Virus record (IMG/VR): IMGVR_UViG_3300042691_051382
Length of the DNA: 64,000 nucleotides
Direction: 5' to 3' (one strand)
DNA from: a virus
This document shows, one piece after another, positions 9,752-18,601 of the stretch. Below the pieces are notes generated by a model. That model was given only the letters and a program-made list of their open reading frames with translations. It ran no database searches and had not been told where the DNA came from. Made by a program: the position numbers and the translations under genes. Position 1 is the stretch's first letter. Every line of letters begins with the position of its first letter.

Positions 9752-10291
9752 TTAGGTGCTTACTCCACCACCGATTTGGTAGTACTGATACTGCAATTCT
9801 ACGGTGAACGTTTCGATTGCATCTTTAGCACCGTAATCGAGCGCGATATCGCTGATCGCCGATGGCCAGCAGTCAACAAACTGATAAGTTTGCACATCAC
9901 GACCTTGACGATCGAGTTGTGTTACTTGCCACTGCTGTGCGTATTCGCTGAGACCCAAACGACTCACGTTTGTTTCTACGCTGTTTACACGGTTGCTCCA
10001 CGCTTCGAATGCTTTGCGAAGAGGATATCCCGTGTCGTTGAGAACCGTGATGGTCCAAGATGCGAACGAGCGGTCACCAGCCAAAATCAAAGGTCTTCCC
10101 TGAAAGAAAGTTGTTACGGTTCCAACCGTTACAGCAGGAATGCTGGCTGCGCTACAAAGAAACTGAATATCGTTTGCCGGGTTTGTACCGGATATTGCGA
10201 CCGACACCGCAGGAAATGTACCGTTGACACGATACAAGTTTGCGCGTGCGCCGCCACCCGTTAACTTGTTTTTAAACTCTTGAATGTTCAT
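9752..10291 (-). CDS. gp19: Tail tube protein gp19
   Basis: GGGARANLY, AGDRSFASWTITVLND, QLDRQG, IETFTVELQYQY. Confidence 0.96.
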   Translation of the reverse strand: MNIQEFKNKLTGGGARANLYRVNGTFPAVSVAISGTNPANDIQFLCSAASIPAVTVGTVTTFFQGRPLILAGDRSFASWTITVLNDTGYPLRKAFEAWSNRVNSVETNVSRLGLSEYAQQWQVTQLDRQGRDVQTYQFVDCWPSAISDIALDYGAKDAIETFTVELQYQYYQIGGGVST

Positions 10292-10322
10292 TTGTTACAG
10301 AACTCCTTCTTGTTCCTTTAAG

Positions 10323-10330
10323 TATTTATC
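10323..10330 (-). promoter_or_regulatory. Late promoter variant GATAAATA (gp19)
   Basis: Intergenic, 7/8 match. Confidence 0.6.
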
Positions 10331-10336
10331 GATCTT

Positions 10337-12142
10337 TTAGTTGGATCCCGGACGAGTAAGGCTTGCGACTTCTTCGAAGTTCACACCGGTTCGGGTAGCG
10401 ATAAAGTTAAGTTGAATGAAGTTGATGCTGCGTGCTGGCTTGATGTAGATGTCAGCCACAAAGCGGTTGCTGTCGATAACTTCTGGGGTGTTGTTTGTTT
10501 CGTCACAAATAACCTTGAAGTCGTACACACCGCGGCGTGCCTGAACATCACGAAGGAATGGTTCAACCATGCTTACAAACATCGAGCGAGTAAACGCATC
10601 GTTGAATTCGAACAGTTGATACTTGGCAGCAATCGAAATTGCTTTCTCAAGAACTATAAACAAGCGGCGCACGTTGATGCGATCAAACGCACTCGGCTTG
10701 GTTTGCGCAGTACGATCGCCGTACAACACGGTTCCTTCGCCGGGGAACGTAACCACGGGATTGATACCCTTGGGATAAATGTTGTCGCGATAAGCTTGTG
10801 TTGGGTTCCATGCAAGTTTGATAACACCCTTGATGTTTCCACGGTTGAAACCGGCAGGCGACCACCAAGGATCGTTGGTTTCATCGGTACGAACCACAAG
10901 ACCAGCAATATCGCCATTCAACGGAACGTAACGGTAGATGTCGTTGTAACGATCATACATTTGCTTGTAACCGCTATCGATGAATGCGTAGCTGTTGCTA
11001 CCGATTGCATTTTTCATAGCAATTGCTTTATCTTGCGCAAGAGTATTGCGAGCTGCACCAGAAACACCCGAACCAGCAATTTTTTCATCGATATCAGGCG
11101 AAACAAACGCAACACAATCTTTACGATCGCGTGCTACTTCGCACATTGCGGCTGCACCTGCTCCGGTGAGAGGTCCACCAAGAAGAAGCGAAACGTCCAC
11201 CGTGTCGGGATCGCCAAAGAATTCGTCGTATGCTGCACCAAGTTCGTTGTTGTCCACACCAGTCAGAGAGTCGGCAAGAGTGCCAGCCGTGAACGAAGCA
11301 ACAAACAATCCAGCTGTAGATCCAGCCGCTGCTGCGCCTGCTGTTGCAGAAATAGATCCAAACGATGAGTTTTCGGAAGTGTAATTTCCGATACCTTGAA
11401 TATGGTTCATCCAGTAAATATAAGCGGATGTATCGTTGAGTACGTTCTTGTAGTAGTTGCTGCTACCGTCAGATTTACGAGCATCGCTAGCCTTGGAAAG
11501 ACCATCAAATATTTCCAAAACGCTTCCGGTAACACCAGTGTATTTACCGTTTGCATCGATTACAGCAACGTGAATTTCGTCGCCGTAGAATGCTGTGGAT
11601 CCACCCTTGGCATTTTCAACAAACAAAGATGTTCCGGGTGCGCTCACAAATTGACCGCTGAGGCTCCAGCTGTTGAAAGCTGTTGCGCTATCACATACTT
11701 CGATGCGCAAGCTGTTTCCAAAAACACCAGCGTACTTGGCTGCAAAGTATGTTGTGGATGAAGGTTCATAATATCCAGCACCAACAAGATTTTCGAAACG
11801 ATCGGCATTTTCGATCAAAACGCCTGTGGATGCGCCTGTGGATCCGCTCAAACCCACCACCGAGTTTCTTGCGGCACTTCCAGCTTCCAAAAATCTTACA
11901 ACTTGAACGTTGTTGCCGTATTGAAGAAAGTTGGCAACCGTAAAAAAGTGCTTGTAGTTGTTGTTGTCGGGACCGCCGTACAACTGATAAAGATCGTTTT
12001 CGCTTGAAACAACAATGCGTTGATTGGCTGGACCCCAATTGAAAAGTCCAACATACCCAGCTGGTGTGGTTGCAACTGCAGGAATGATGGAGGTGAGGTC
12101 GCGTTCGACTACTCTAACGCCGGGGCTGATTTGAAAACCCAT
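10337..12142 (-). CDS. gp18: Tail sheath protein gp18
   Basis: SPGVRVVERDLT, WWSPAGFNRG, FDRINVRRLF, IKPARSINFIQLNF. Confidence 0.98.
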   Translation of the reverse strand: MGFQISPGVRVVERDLTSIIPAVATTPAGYVGLFNWGPANQRIVVSSENDLYQLYGGPDNNNYKHFFTVANFLQYGNNVQVVRFLEAGSAARNSVVGLSGSTGASTGVLIENADRFENLVGAGYYEPSSTTYFAAKYAGVFGNSLRIEVCDSATAFNSWSLSGQFVSAPGTSLFVENAKGGSTAFYGDEIHVAVIDANGKYTGVTGSVLEIFDGLSKASDARKSDGSSNYYKNVLNDTSAYIYWMNHIQGIGNYTSENSSFGSISATAGAAAAGSTAGLFVASFTAGTLADSLTGVDNNELGAAYDEFFGDPDTVDVSLLLGGPLTGAGAAAMCEVARDRKDCVAFVSPDIDEKIAGSGVSGAARNTLAQDKAIAMKNAIGSNSYAFIDSGYKQMYDRYNDIYRYVPLNGDIAGLVVRTDETNDPWWSPAGFNRGNIKGVIKLAWNPTQAYRDNIYPKGINPVVTFPGEGTVLYGDRTAQTKPSAFDRINVRRLFIVLEKAISIAAKYQLFEFNDAFTRSMFVSMVEPFLRDVQARRGVYDFKVICDETNNTPEVIDSNRFVADIYIKPARSINFIQLNFIATRTGVNFEEVASLTRPGSN

Positions 12143-12209
12143 TATTATTCTCCTTTGGAATACTTGAATGTACCAATAACACCAATGTATTACGATAGTA
12201 TTTTATGAA

Positions 12210-12217
12210 TATTTATA
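12210..12217 (-). promoter_or_regulatory. Late promoter TATAAATA (gp18)
   Basis: Exact consensus, intergenic. Confidence 0.8.
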
Positions 12218-12229
12218 AAATTTCTATTT

Positions 12230-13714
12230 TTAGTCTTTCCAAAGTTCCATATCATCGTTGCGGCGTTGTTTTTCGCTACGATCGTCAAAAATATTGATGT
12301 TATCATCGTCGGAGCCGTCTCCATCGTTGAAAAAACCAAATGGCATCACTTGTTCTTCAATTTTTCTTATTTGTTCTTCGTAAATACGTTGACGAACGTC
12401 GCTGTTGGTGTAATCTTTAAAGTAAGATTGTGTGGTGAGCCATCCAAACAGCACCAAAGTGCTGATCAAGTCGTCGTTGTAGCCTTCGTTTGCTTCGTAA
12501 CCGGCTCCACGAGCCACAAATGTGCTAAATTCTGAAATTGTATCAAAATCTTGAATTATGAGTTTGTCGTTTTCGATCATATCTTTGAGCAGACTGCAGC
12601 CCATTTTTTTGATTTGATAGCTCATGCGCACACCCATCTGCACTTTGCCGCTACCGAAACCACCGTCAGCCTTCTGACCGCGCTTGCCACGGTTGGATAC
12701 ACTCAAAATGTTACCATATTCAAGTTCTTCGTGTAATATTTCGGCTACAGCTTGTCCAAGATCGTTGATTTCAAACAAAGCCAATGCTTCGTTGTACATA
12801 TCGCCTAGTTTTTTGATGTGATGCGGTACAACTTGATACGAAATGGTATTATTTTTGAATTTTGCCACTTGACGATACGGCATTTTGGTGCAATCGATGA
12901 TGCTTATCGCATGATAATCTTGTTCTTCGCCTCGAGATGTGTCGATACACATAGCATATATGTGATTTTTCTGTGGTGGTTCATAAATATCCAATCCTTC
13001 GGGGGTGGATGTTTGCGGAACTCCAAAAACCATGTTGGCTATTTTTGATGGAGTTATGAGTGTGTTTTCGCTACCTACAAAGTCGCATAAATATTCCGTC
13101 CTCCACTGCGCTTCGCTAGTATTGGCTATTGTTTCTTGTTTGAATTTTTCATCGCGTCCTGGTACATCATACCAATGTGCTTCAACTGGGACATATCCAT
13201 TTTTACCGTTTTGAGCATTGGTCCAAGTTTTGTAAAAATGATTGAGACCTTTGGGTGTGCTGATCAAAATAGCTTTAGTGTTCTTACCCGAGCTGATGGT
13301 TGGATACACCGAACTGAAGAATTCTTCTGCCACGCCATTGGGAACGTAAGCGTATTCGTCAAGCACGATGCAATTCGAAATTTGTACATTATTTGCAATA
13401 TATGAATGTGTATTTTCCACATTGATCAAATCATAAACATCTTGTTTCTCTTTTGAAATTTCTTTATGCAGTAAAACTATTTGATTGTCGTTGTGACTTA
13501 ATACAGTATCATATAATTTTAATTCTTTGGCTGTTTTCCATCCTTCGGGAGTTTTTATTTTATGATCAAAAGTACACTTTAAAAAAGACTCATCATCAAA
13601 ATATAATTCAATTATTTTTTGATCTTTGGTTATCAGCAAGCCATCACTAGAACGATAAATACCATCACCACCGAGAACTTTTAAATTTGGTATTTCGATT
13701 AATTCTTGTTGCAT
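12230..13714 (-). CDS. gp17: Large terminase gp17, C-terminal part (IntC 114 aa + C-extein 380 aa)
   Basis: After ...NVQISN come Walker B CIVLDE, YPTISSG, ISTPKGLNHFY and nuclease motifs IDTSRG and DDLI. Confidence 0.95.
   Translation of the reverse strand: MQQELIEIPNLKVLGGDGIYRSSDGLLITKDQKIIELYFDDESFLKCTFDHKIKTPEGWKTAKELKLYDTVLSHNDNQIVLLHKEISKEKQDVYDLINVENTHSYIANNVQISNCIVLDEYAYVPNGVAEEFFSSVYPTISSGKNTKAILISTPKGLNHFYKTWTNAQNGKNGYVPVEAHWYDVPGRDEKFKQETIANTSEAQWRTEYLCDFVGSENTLITPSKIANMVFGVPQTSTPEGLDIYEPPQKNHIYAMCIDTSRGEEQDYHAISIIDCTKMPYRQVAKFKNNTISYQVVPHHIKKLGDMYNEALALFEINDLGQAVAEILHEELEYGNILSVSNRGKRGQKADGGFGSGKVQMGVRMSYQIKKMGCSLLKDMIENDKLIIQDFDTISEFSTFVARGAGYEANEGYNDDLISTLVLFGWLTTQSYFKDYTNSDVRQRIYEEQIRKIEEQVMPFGFFNDGDGSDDDNINIFDDRSEKQRRNDDMELWKD
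13373..13714 (-). mobile_element. Split intein C-fragment (IntC)
   Basis: Block B CTFDH, block F VYDLINV, terminal SN followed by +1 Cys. Confidence 0.9.
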
Positions 13715-14407
13715 TTATTTTCTTCCCATCACAAATCCATCTGGAGCGTCTTCAGGTTTTACACGTATTATTTGTCCTGTTGTCCTATTAATAAACCATT
13801 TTAAATTGTAGTTAAGATTCTTTTTGCCTTTGTTCCATGCAACTCTACCTTTTGCGGCATCAGACATCTTCTTGCGTGATTCTTGACTTCTTTTCATGCC
13901 CCTATGTTTTTCGGCAGTCTTCATAATCTTGATAGGATTTTTATTAATTTTATCTATCCACTCTTTTGTTTTTTTACCTTTGTTTGAGTTAGATATTTTT
14001 TGTTTTGTTTCTTGCGAATGGTGTGATCCAGTTCTTACTTGTCGAATAGCCTCACCATATTGTTCTTTTAATAATTCATATTGACGAGAAGACACTTTAT
14101 AATATTTTTTGGCATGTCCATTAATCATTAAACTCCACGCAAGCACCATTTTAGCTTTTGCTTTTCCTGTCAAACATTTTACCAGCAAACGATGTACAAT
14201 ATAATGCTCTCGTGCTGTCAGATAAACTAGATTGGATGGATCGTCGCTCCCTCCTAATGATCTTGGAGTTATGTGGTGCAATTCAGAATATCCATCTACG
14301 ATATTTCTTTTTTGTGCAAACCGAATAATATTACAATACCAATTATAGTATTTGTTTGATAATGGTTTAAACTCGATTTCATTTTTACAATCTGGATGAG
14401 TTAGCAT
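13715..14407 (-). mobile_element. HNH homing endonuclease (T4 Mob-like) with NUMOD3-type repeats, in frame with IntN
   Basis: HHITPRSLGGSDDPSNLVYLTAREHYIVH; HSQETKQKIS and RSQESRKKMS; visibly more AT-rich than the exteins. Confidence 0.88.
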
Positions 14408-15004
14408 ATCATTATTTATTAATTTTGAAATTTTGCCTATTTCAATTTTTTGCTGTTGTCCTTGATATACAATATCAACAACAGCATCTCCTGTAATGCA
14501 ATTGTAACTGCCACCACGAACCGCACTCGACGAAGTAGCCGCAGAAATAATTTTGGACCCGTTTTCCAATTGAACCGAAAACTTGTTCCATTCGACCACG
14601 CCTTGTTGCAACCAACGCGGCAAGTTTTCGTAGCTGGTTTTGAAACGATCCAGCAATTCTTTGGCTGTGGTGCCTTTGTTGGCGAGTATTGCCACTCGAA
14701 CGTTTGCATTGAAGAGACAATAATGCAACAAATAGCTTGTTACGGTAATGGATTTACCGCTCTGTCTTGGAATTTTACATATGGTAAATCTGTTGTTGTG
14801 AACTGTTTCAACAATTCTTCGTTGAAACGGATACAGTTGAAACGGAACCAAACCTTGATCTAGATTCACGACCTTGATGTATTTTTCCATAAAATACACC
14901 GGCTCTTCGGCACATTTCAAGTATTCCTGAAGTTGCTCGGCTGTATAATTTACTTTTACGTTTGTGTTTTTAAGTAACGGATTGCCAAGATAGTTGTCAC
15001 TCAT
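13715..15004 (-). CDS. gp17: Large terminase gp17, N-terminal part (N-extein 168 aa + IntN + HNH/NUMOD3 endonuclease)
   Basis: YLGNPLLK, Walker A PRQSGKS, ATSSSAVRGGSYN, then intein block A CITGDAVV. Confidence 0.95.
   Translation of the reverse strand: MSDNYLGNPLLKNTNVKVNYTAEQLQEYLKCAEEPVYFMEKYIKVVNLDQGLVPFQLYPFQRRIVETVHNNRFTICKIPRQSGKSITVTSYLLHYCLFNANVRVAILANKGTTAKELLDRFKTSYENLPRWLQQGVVEWNKFSVQLENGSKIISAATSSSAVRGGSYNCITGDAVVDIVYQGQQQKIEIGKISKLINNDMLTHPDCKNEIEFKPLSNKYYNWYCNIIRFAQKRNIVDGYSELHHITPRSLGGSDDPSNLVYLTAREHYIVHRLLVKCLTGKAKAKMVLAWSLMINGHAKKYYKVSSRQYELLKEQYGEAIRQVRTGSHHSQETKQKISNSNKGKKTKEWIDKINKNPIKIMKTAEKHRGMKRSQESRKKMSDAAKGRVAWNKGKKNLNYNLKWFINRTTGQIIRVKPEDAPDGFVMGRK
14408..14500 (-). 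mobile_element. Split intein N-fragment (IntN, ~31 aa)
   Basis: CITGDAVVDIVYQGQQQKIEIGKISKLINND: Cys1 block A, short as in atypically split TerL inteins. Confidence 0.85.
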
Positions 15005-15492
15005 TGGTCATTCTCGATGTTTGTTGTGTTTTCCGGAAGCACCATCTTCTTTTGACGTATCATTTTCAACAAATCACTGGTGTTTCCAACGTAAATAGAA
15101 TTGTTTGTAACCGTATCGCCTTTTGTTTTGGTTTCTTCTTTGTTGATATCTTTGACTGTTTTGTGCAAATCCATCAAGCGATTGTTCGCATCCAAAGCGG
15201 TTTTTATCAAATCCGACACAACTTCGTATGCTCTTGGGCTGTCGCCTTCGTCGGCGACGTTTAAAATACCTTCGATTGCGATTTCGGAAGTTAGTATCAA
15301 TTTTTTTAAATTTTTGCGTACGGTATTATAATCTTCGTCGCTATCGGAATTTTTGGCTGTGGTTCCGGCTACAATCGGTTGTTCCGAAGTGTCTGCGGAC
15401 GCAACCAATTGTTTTGGTGTGTTTTCGGATGGATCGATATTTAAAACATCCGACAATTTTTGAGTCGCATCGCTTGATTCATCGTTTTGCAT
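15001..15492 (-). CDS. gp16: Small terminase gp16
   Basis: DYNTVRKNL, SPRAYEVV, TNNSIYVGNTSDL. Confidence 0.92.
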   Translation of the reverse strand: MQNDESSDATQKLSDVLNIDPSENTPKQLVASADTSEQPIVAGTTAKNSDSDEDYNTVRKNLKKLILTSEIAIEGILNVADEGDSPRAYEVVSDLIKTALDANNRLMDLHKTVKDINKEETKTKGDTVTNNSIYVGNTSDLLKMIRQKKMVLPENTTNIENDQ

Positions 15493-15499
15493 AAAATTC

Positions 15500-16369
15500 T
15501 CATGTTAAACCTTCGGGAAATTCTACTATACGAGTGTACGTACCATCGCTCTTGCTGTAACTTGTGGTTCCGGGTGTTCCGGTGATTTGCAAAACGCCAA
15601 TCGATCCGGCTGTTGCGCCACCGGTAACACCAACCGTAACTGTAGCAAAAGTGCTTCCGGTGACTCCAAAATAAGGTATTTCGTAGCCGGTTGCGGTGGT
15701 TGTTGTTCCAGCCACAAACATTGTTTTGAAATCCACAAAATTGATGTCCGACTGAGTGATGACTTTGCTTTCAGTGACGGGTCCGTAAAGATTCACTTTT
15801 GCAACAAAAGAAATGGTTACGGTAAAACTTTTTCTTTCGTCAAAATTGCCTTCGTAATTTTCTGTAAAATTTATGTTTCCGATGCTGATAGGAACATCTG
15901 CCGATGCATCAAGCGGAAAATTTTTGAAAGTTATACAAAAATCCGGACCAAAATACGGCAAAATTTGTTCGATGATTTGAAGAGCTTCGTCGGTATTTTT
16001 TGTGACAATATGAAGCTGAAACGTTAAATTGTACGGTACTCGCTCGAATCTCGAATACATAGAACCTTCGGTTGGTGTGTACCCAACCGACTTGCGAGTT
16101 GTTGTGAGTTTTCTGGACGAATCGTAGCTTATGTTGGTAAGCTCAAACCCCATTCTGGGTCTGTAACTTTCAAAGTTTCTGATGAGTTCGGGTGTTTCTT
16201 GTTCAAGACGCACAATAAATTTTTGTTTGGGTCCATATGCAATTGGTACTTTGTAGCGTTCGAGTTCCGCGCCGTTCGCATCGAATTTCGCAACCCAAAC
16301 ATCATTAAATAGAGTTCCGAATCCGGAAACAACCATTTTTATGATATTGTGACGAAAATATTCGAGCAT
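15500..16369 (-). CDS. gp15: Tail sheath terminator gp15 with G/T-rich C-terminal extension
   Basis: FGTLFND, VPIAYGPKQKF, PRMGFE, QIIEQILPYF. Confidence 0.93.
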   Translation of the reverse strand: MLEYFRHNIIKMVVSGFGTLFNDVWVAKFDANGAELERYKVPIAYGPKQKFIVRLEQETPELIRNFESYRPRMGFELTNISYDSSRKLTTTRKSVGYTPTEGSMYSRFERVPYNLTFQLHIVTKNTDEALQIIEQILPYFGPDFCITFKNFPLDASADVPISIGNINFTENYEGNFDERKSFTVTISFVAKVNLYGPVTESKVITQSDINFVDFKTMFVAGTTTTATGYEIPYFGVTGSTFATVTVGVTGGATAGSIGVLQITGTPGTTSYSKSDGTYTRIVEFPEGLT

Positions 16370-17244
16370 TAGTAGTTTCCAAACGGATTTTGTATAGTAA
16401 AGTCTAAATCTGTATCGGCGCGAGTTTGAATATCTTTGTTGTCGTCGTAAGTGTCTTGCAACACTTTATCGTCAACCGAAGTCACAGTTCGATAGACCGT
16501 ACCGTTTGAACTTATCACATATCGTGTTTTGCTTGCGGTAGAAGCATACCACTTTCCAGTGATATTCTTGAGTGTCACCAGACTGCTGGTTGCAGCTTTG
16601 ACATATCCGGTGGCATCGGCACCCGACGCACCACCGCCAGTTGCACCATTTTTATATTGATACACCGTATCACCAACCGTAAACGACGAACCCGTACCGC
16701 TGTTTGCATTCACATTTAAATACAAACGAAATTGGATTTCTTCGGGTATAATGTCGATTTCGGGTTCTCCGGTGGTGAAAGTTTCTTCGTTGAATTGGAA
16801 CAACTCGACGCTCAATTTAAAAACGTAATTTTTTCCAAGTTGAAAAAATGGATTTTCGTGTTCTACATATTTGATTTCAAAAAATCCCTTTGTGAGAGGA
16901 AAATAAATGATGTCGCCTTCGAGTGGGCGCAACATTCCAGTTTCTTTTTGAAAACGCTTTTTACTCACAACAAAACTGGCACTATCTTTTATTTCCAAAC
17001 CAAACTTTCCAAGAGCATCGCCTCCTTGAAACGCATTAACATTTTCCATATACATTTCAATAGGTTTGTTGCTGCTGAAACGAGAAAGTGGATCTTCACC
17101 AAAAATACTGTCTTTGTTTACGATGGTTCTTGGCAAGTAAAAAACGTCAACACCGTGTATTTTAATAGTTTCAATCACAAGATCTTCGGTAAGATTTTGC
17201 TCGTTGCTTGCGCGAATGTTATTGAAATAATGGTTGGTTGACAT
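16369..17244 (-). CDS. gp14: Neck protein gp14
   Basis: EQNLTEDLVIETIKIHGVDVFYLPR, PLEGDIIYFP, FEIKYVEHENPFFQLGK, NPFG. Confidence 0.94.
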   Translation of the reverse strand: MSTNHYFNNIRASNEQNLTEDLVIETIKIHGVDVFYLPRTIVNKDSIFGEDPLSRFSSNKPIEMYMENVNAFQGGDALGKFGLEIKDSASFVVSKKRFQKETGMLRPLEGDIIYFPLTKGFFEIKYVEHENPFFQLGKNYVFKLSVELFQFNEETFTTGEPEIDIIPEEIQFRLYLNVNANSGTGSSFTVGDTVYQYKNGATGGGASGADATGYVKAATSSLVTLKNITGKWYASTASKTRYVISSNGTVYRTVTSVDDKVLQDTYDDNKDIQTRADTDLDFTIQNPFGNY

Positions 17245-17251
17245 ATGTAAT

Positions 17252-17258
17252 TATTTAG
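17252..17258 (-). promoter_or_regulatory. Late promoter variant CTAAATA (gp14)
   Basis: 7 nt before the ATG, no SD. Confidence 0.5.
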
Positions 17259-17285
17259 GTTTTTGGATCCACGGGATTGTCGGGT

Positions 17286-18122
17286 CTAGCCGACCAGAAA
17301 ATCGGGGGGTAATTCGAACTTACTTTGAACCGTATTTTCAATGTCTTGAATTTCTTTGATTGCATCGTTGAACAATTGAGTGCCGTTGAAAGTAACACCT
17401 CCAAGCATTTGAATTCCGCTGAACTTGCTAAGATTTGCACCCCATTGACGTTTGATCAATGCTGTGAGATATTTTTTCAACAACATGTCGTTGTATATTT
17501 CCGGAAAAACACGAGCATCCATCACACGATACGCTTCTATTACAATCCAATCGCCCACTTTCACATCGCGTTGCCATTTCATATCAATATACAATTTGTT
17601 GCTTCGACGCGAAAAGCGTATGGATTTTTCTGGCGACAACATTTGACGCAACAACGAAAGATACTGCTGAGTGACAGAATAGTGAATCAATTCGATCGTA
17701 CCAAATGTATAAAGATCGTTCAATGCATATTGATAACGAACGTCAAACATATTGATGGTGCCGGAAGAAAAATGAAAAACTTGCAAAACACTGGCAATCA
17801 ATTCTTCGATCGGAACACTTCCAGTTTGACCTGTTTCGGTCATGGTCATGCTGCTTTCGCTTTGACCGCTTTGTCCGGTTCCAGTAACAAACGTGTTGTT
17901 GGAAGTCAAGCTGATATATCCATTTTCAATGTCTTGCTGTTGAACTTGATATTTTAAATAAACTCGTTCAACGCCATCAAAATGGTATTCAGCGAAAAAT
18001 TGCAAAGCATCGTCAAGACGATCTTCCAGTTGATCTTCATCTACGTTAATTTCGATCACCGGATGACCGAGATTTCTCAAGCAGTAATCTATAAGTTGTT
18101 GACGTGTTTGCGGTCTTGCCAC
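17286..18122 (-). CDS. gp13: Neck protein gp13
   Basis: LIDYCLRNLGHPVIEINVDEDQ, ALIKRQWGANLSKF, GGVTFNG. Confidence 0.95.
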   Translation of the reverse strand: MARPQTRQQLIDYCLRNLGHPVIEINVDEDQLEDRLDDALQFFAEYHFDGVERVYLKYQVQQQDIENGYISLTSNNTFVTGTGQSGQSESSMTMTETGQTGSVPIEELIASVLQVFHFSSGTINMFDVRYQYALNDLYTFGTIELIHYSVTQQYLSLLRQMLSPEKSIRFSRRSNKLYIDMKWQRDVKVGDWIVIEAYRVMDARVFPEIYNDMLLKKYLTALIKRQWGANLSKFSGIQMLGGVTFNGTQLFNDAIKEIQDIENTVQSKFELPPDFLVG

Positions 18123-18125
18123 CGT

Positions 18126-18599
18126 TTATTCCTCCGGCTTGGGATATTTTTCTTTTATTTCTTTTCTGAGCTTTTGAAGATCTTTCACACCCGAATCTTC
18201 TTTGGATTGCTTTTCAATCAGATTCTGCCACATGGCAATCACCAATTCTTCAACGCTTGGATATTCGTTGCGGCGCAGTTCTTCGTGTGATTTTCTTTTG
18301 TTCAGTTCCGCTTCAACTGCTTGATTTATGGCAGCTTCTTGTTGTTGAATTATTTGTTGAAGTCTTAGAAAATCATTTATTCTTTTGAAGTAACGGTCGC
18401 CATCTTCCCAGATCTTGTGCTGCTGAATCATCGTCTTGGATGGCCCAGAAATGCTGTGCCTCAGAGACGGTTCGTAATAACGTTCGGTATAACCAACCGG
18501 CAAATCGGGATATGTTGGTTCGAGTGCTCGAAATTGTTCGACCGTAAGACGAGCTTGATTGTTTATGTTTACTATGTTTTCTTTTTGATGTAAAAACAT
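18126..18599 (-). CDS. Probable fibre-associated or assembly protein
   Basis: C-terminal RRNEYPSVEE...IKEKYPK pattern common in small genes after fibres. Confidence 0.45.
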   Translation of the reverse strand: MFLHQKENIVNINNQARLTVEQFRALEPTYPDLPVGYTERYYEPSLRHSISGPSKTMIQQHKIWEDGDRYFKRINDFLRLQQIIQQQEAAINQAVEAELNKRKSHEELRRNEYPSVEELVIAMWQNLIEKQSKEDSGVKDLQKLRKEIKEKYPKPEE

Positions 18600-18601
18600 G
18601 A

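Noticed and set aside
13715-13717. Stop-codon reassignment
   Set aside because: TAA, TGA and TAG all end conserved genes at the expected places, and no suppressor tRNA is visible
13373-14500. Group I intron as the explanation for the terminase break
   Set aside because: The ends carry protein-splicing motifs (Cys1, TxxH, terminal Asn, +1 Cys) and the whole insert is coding
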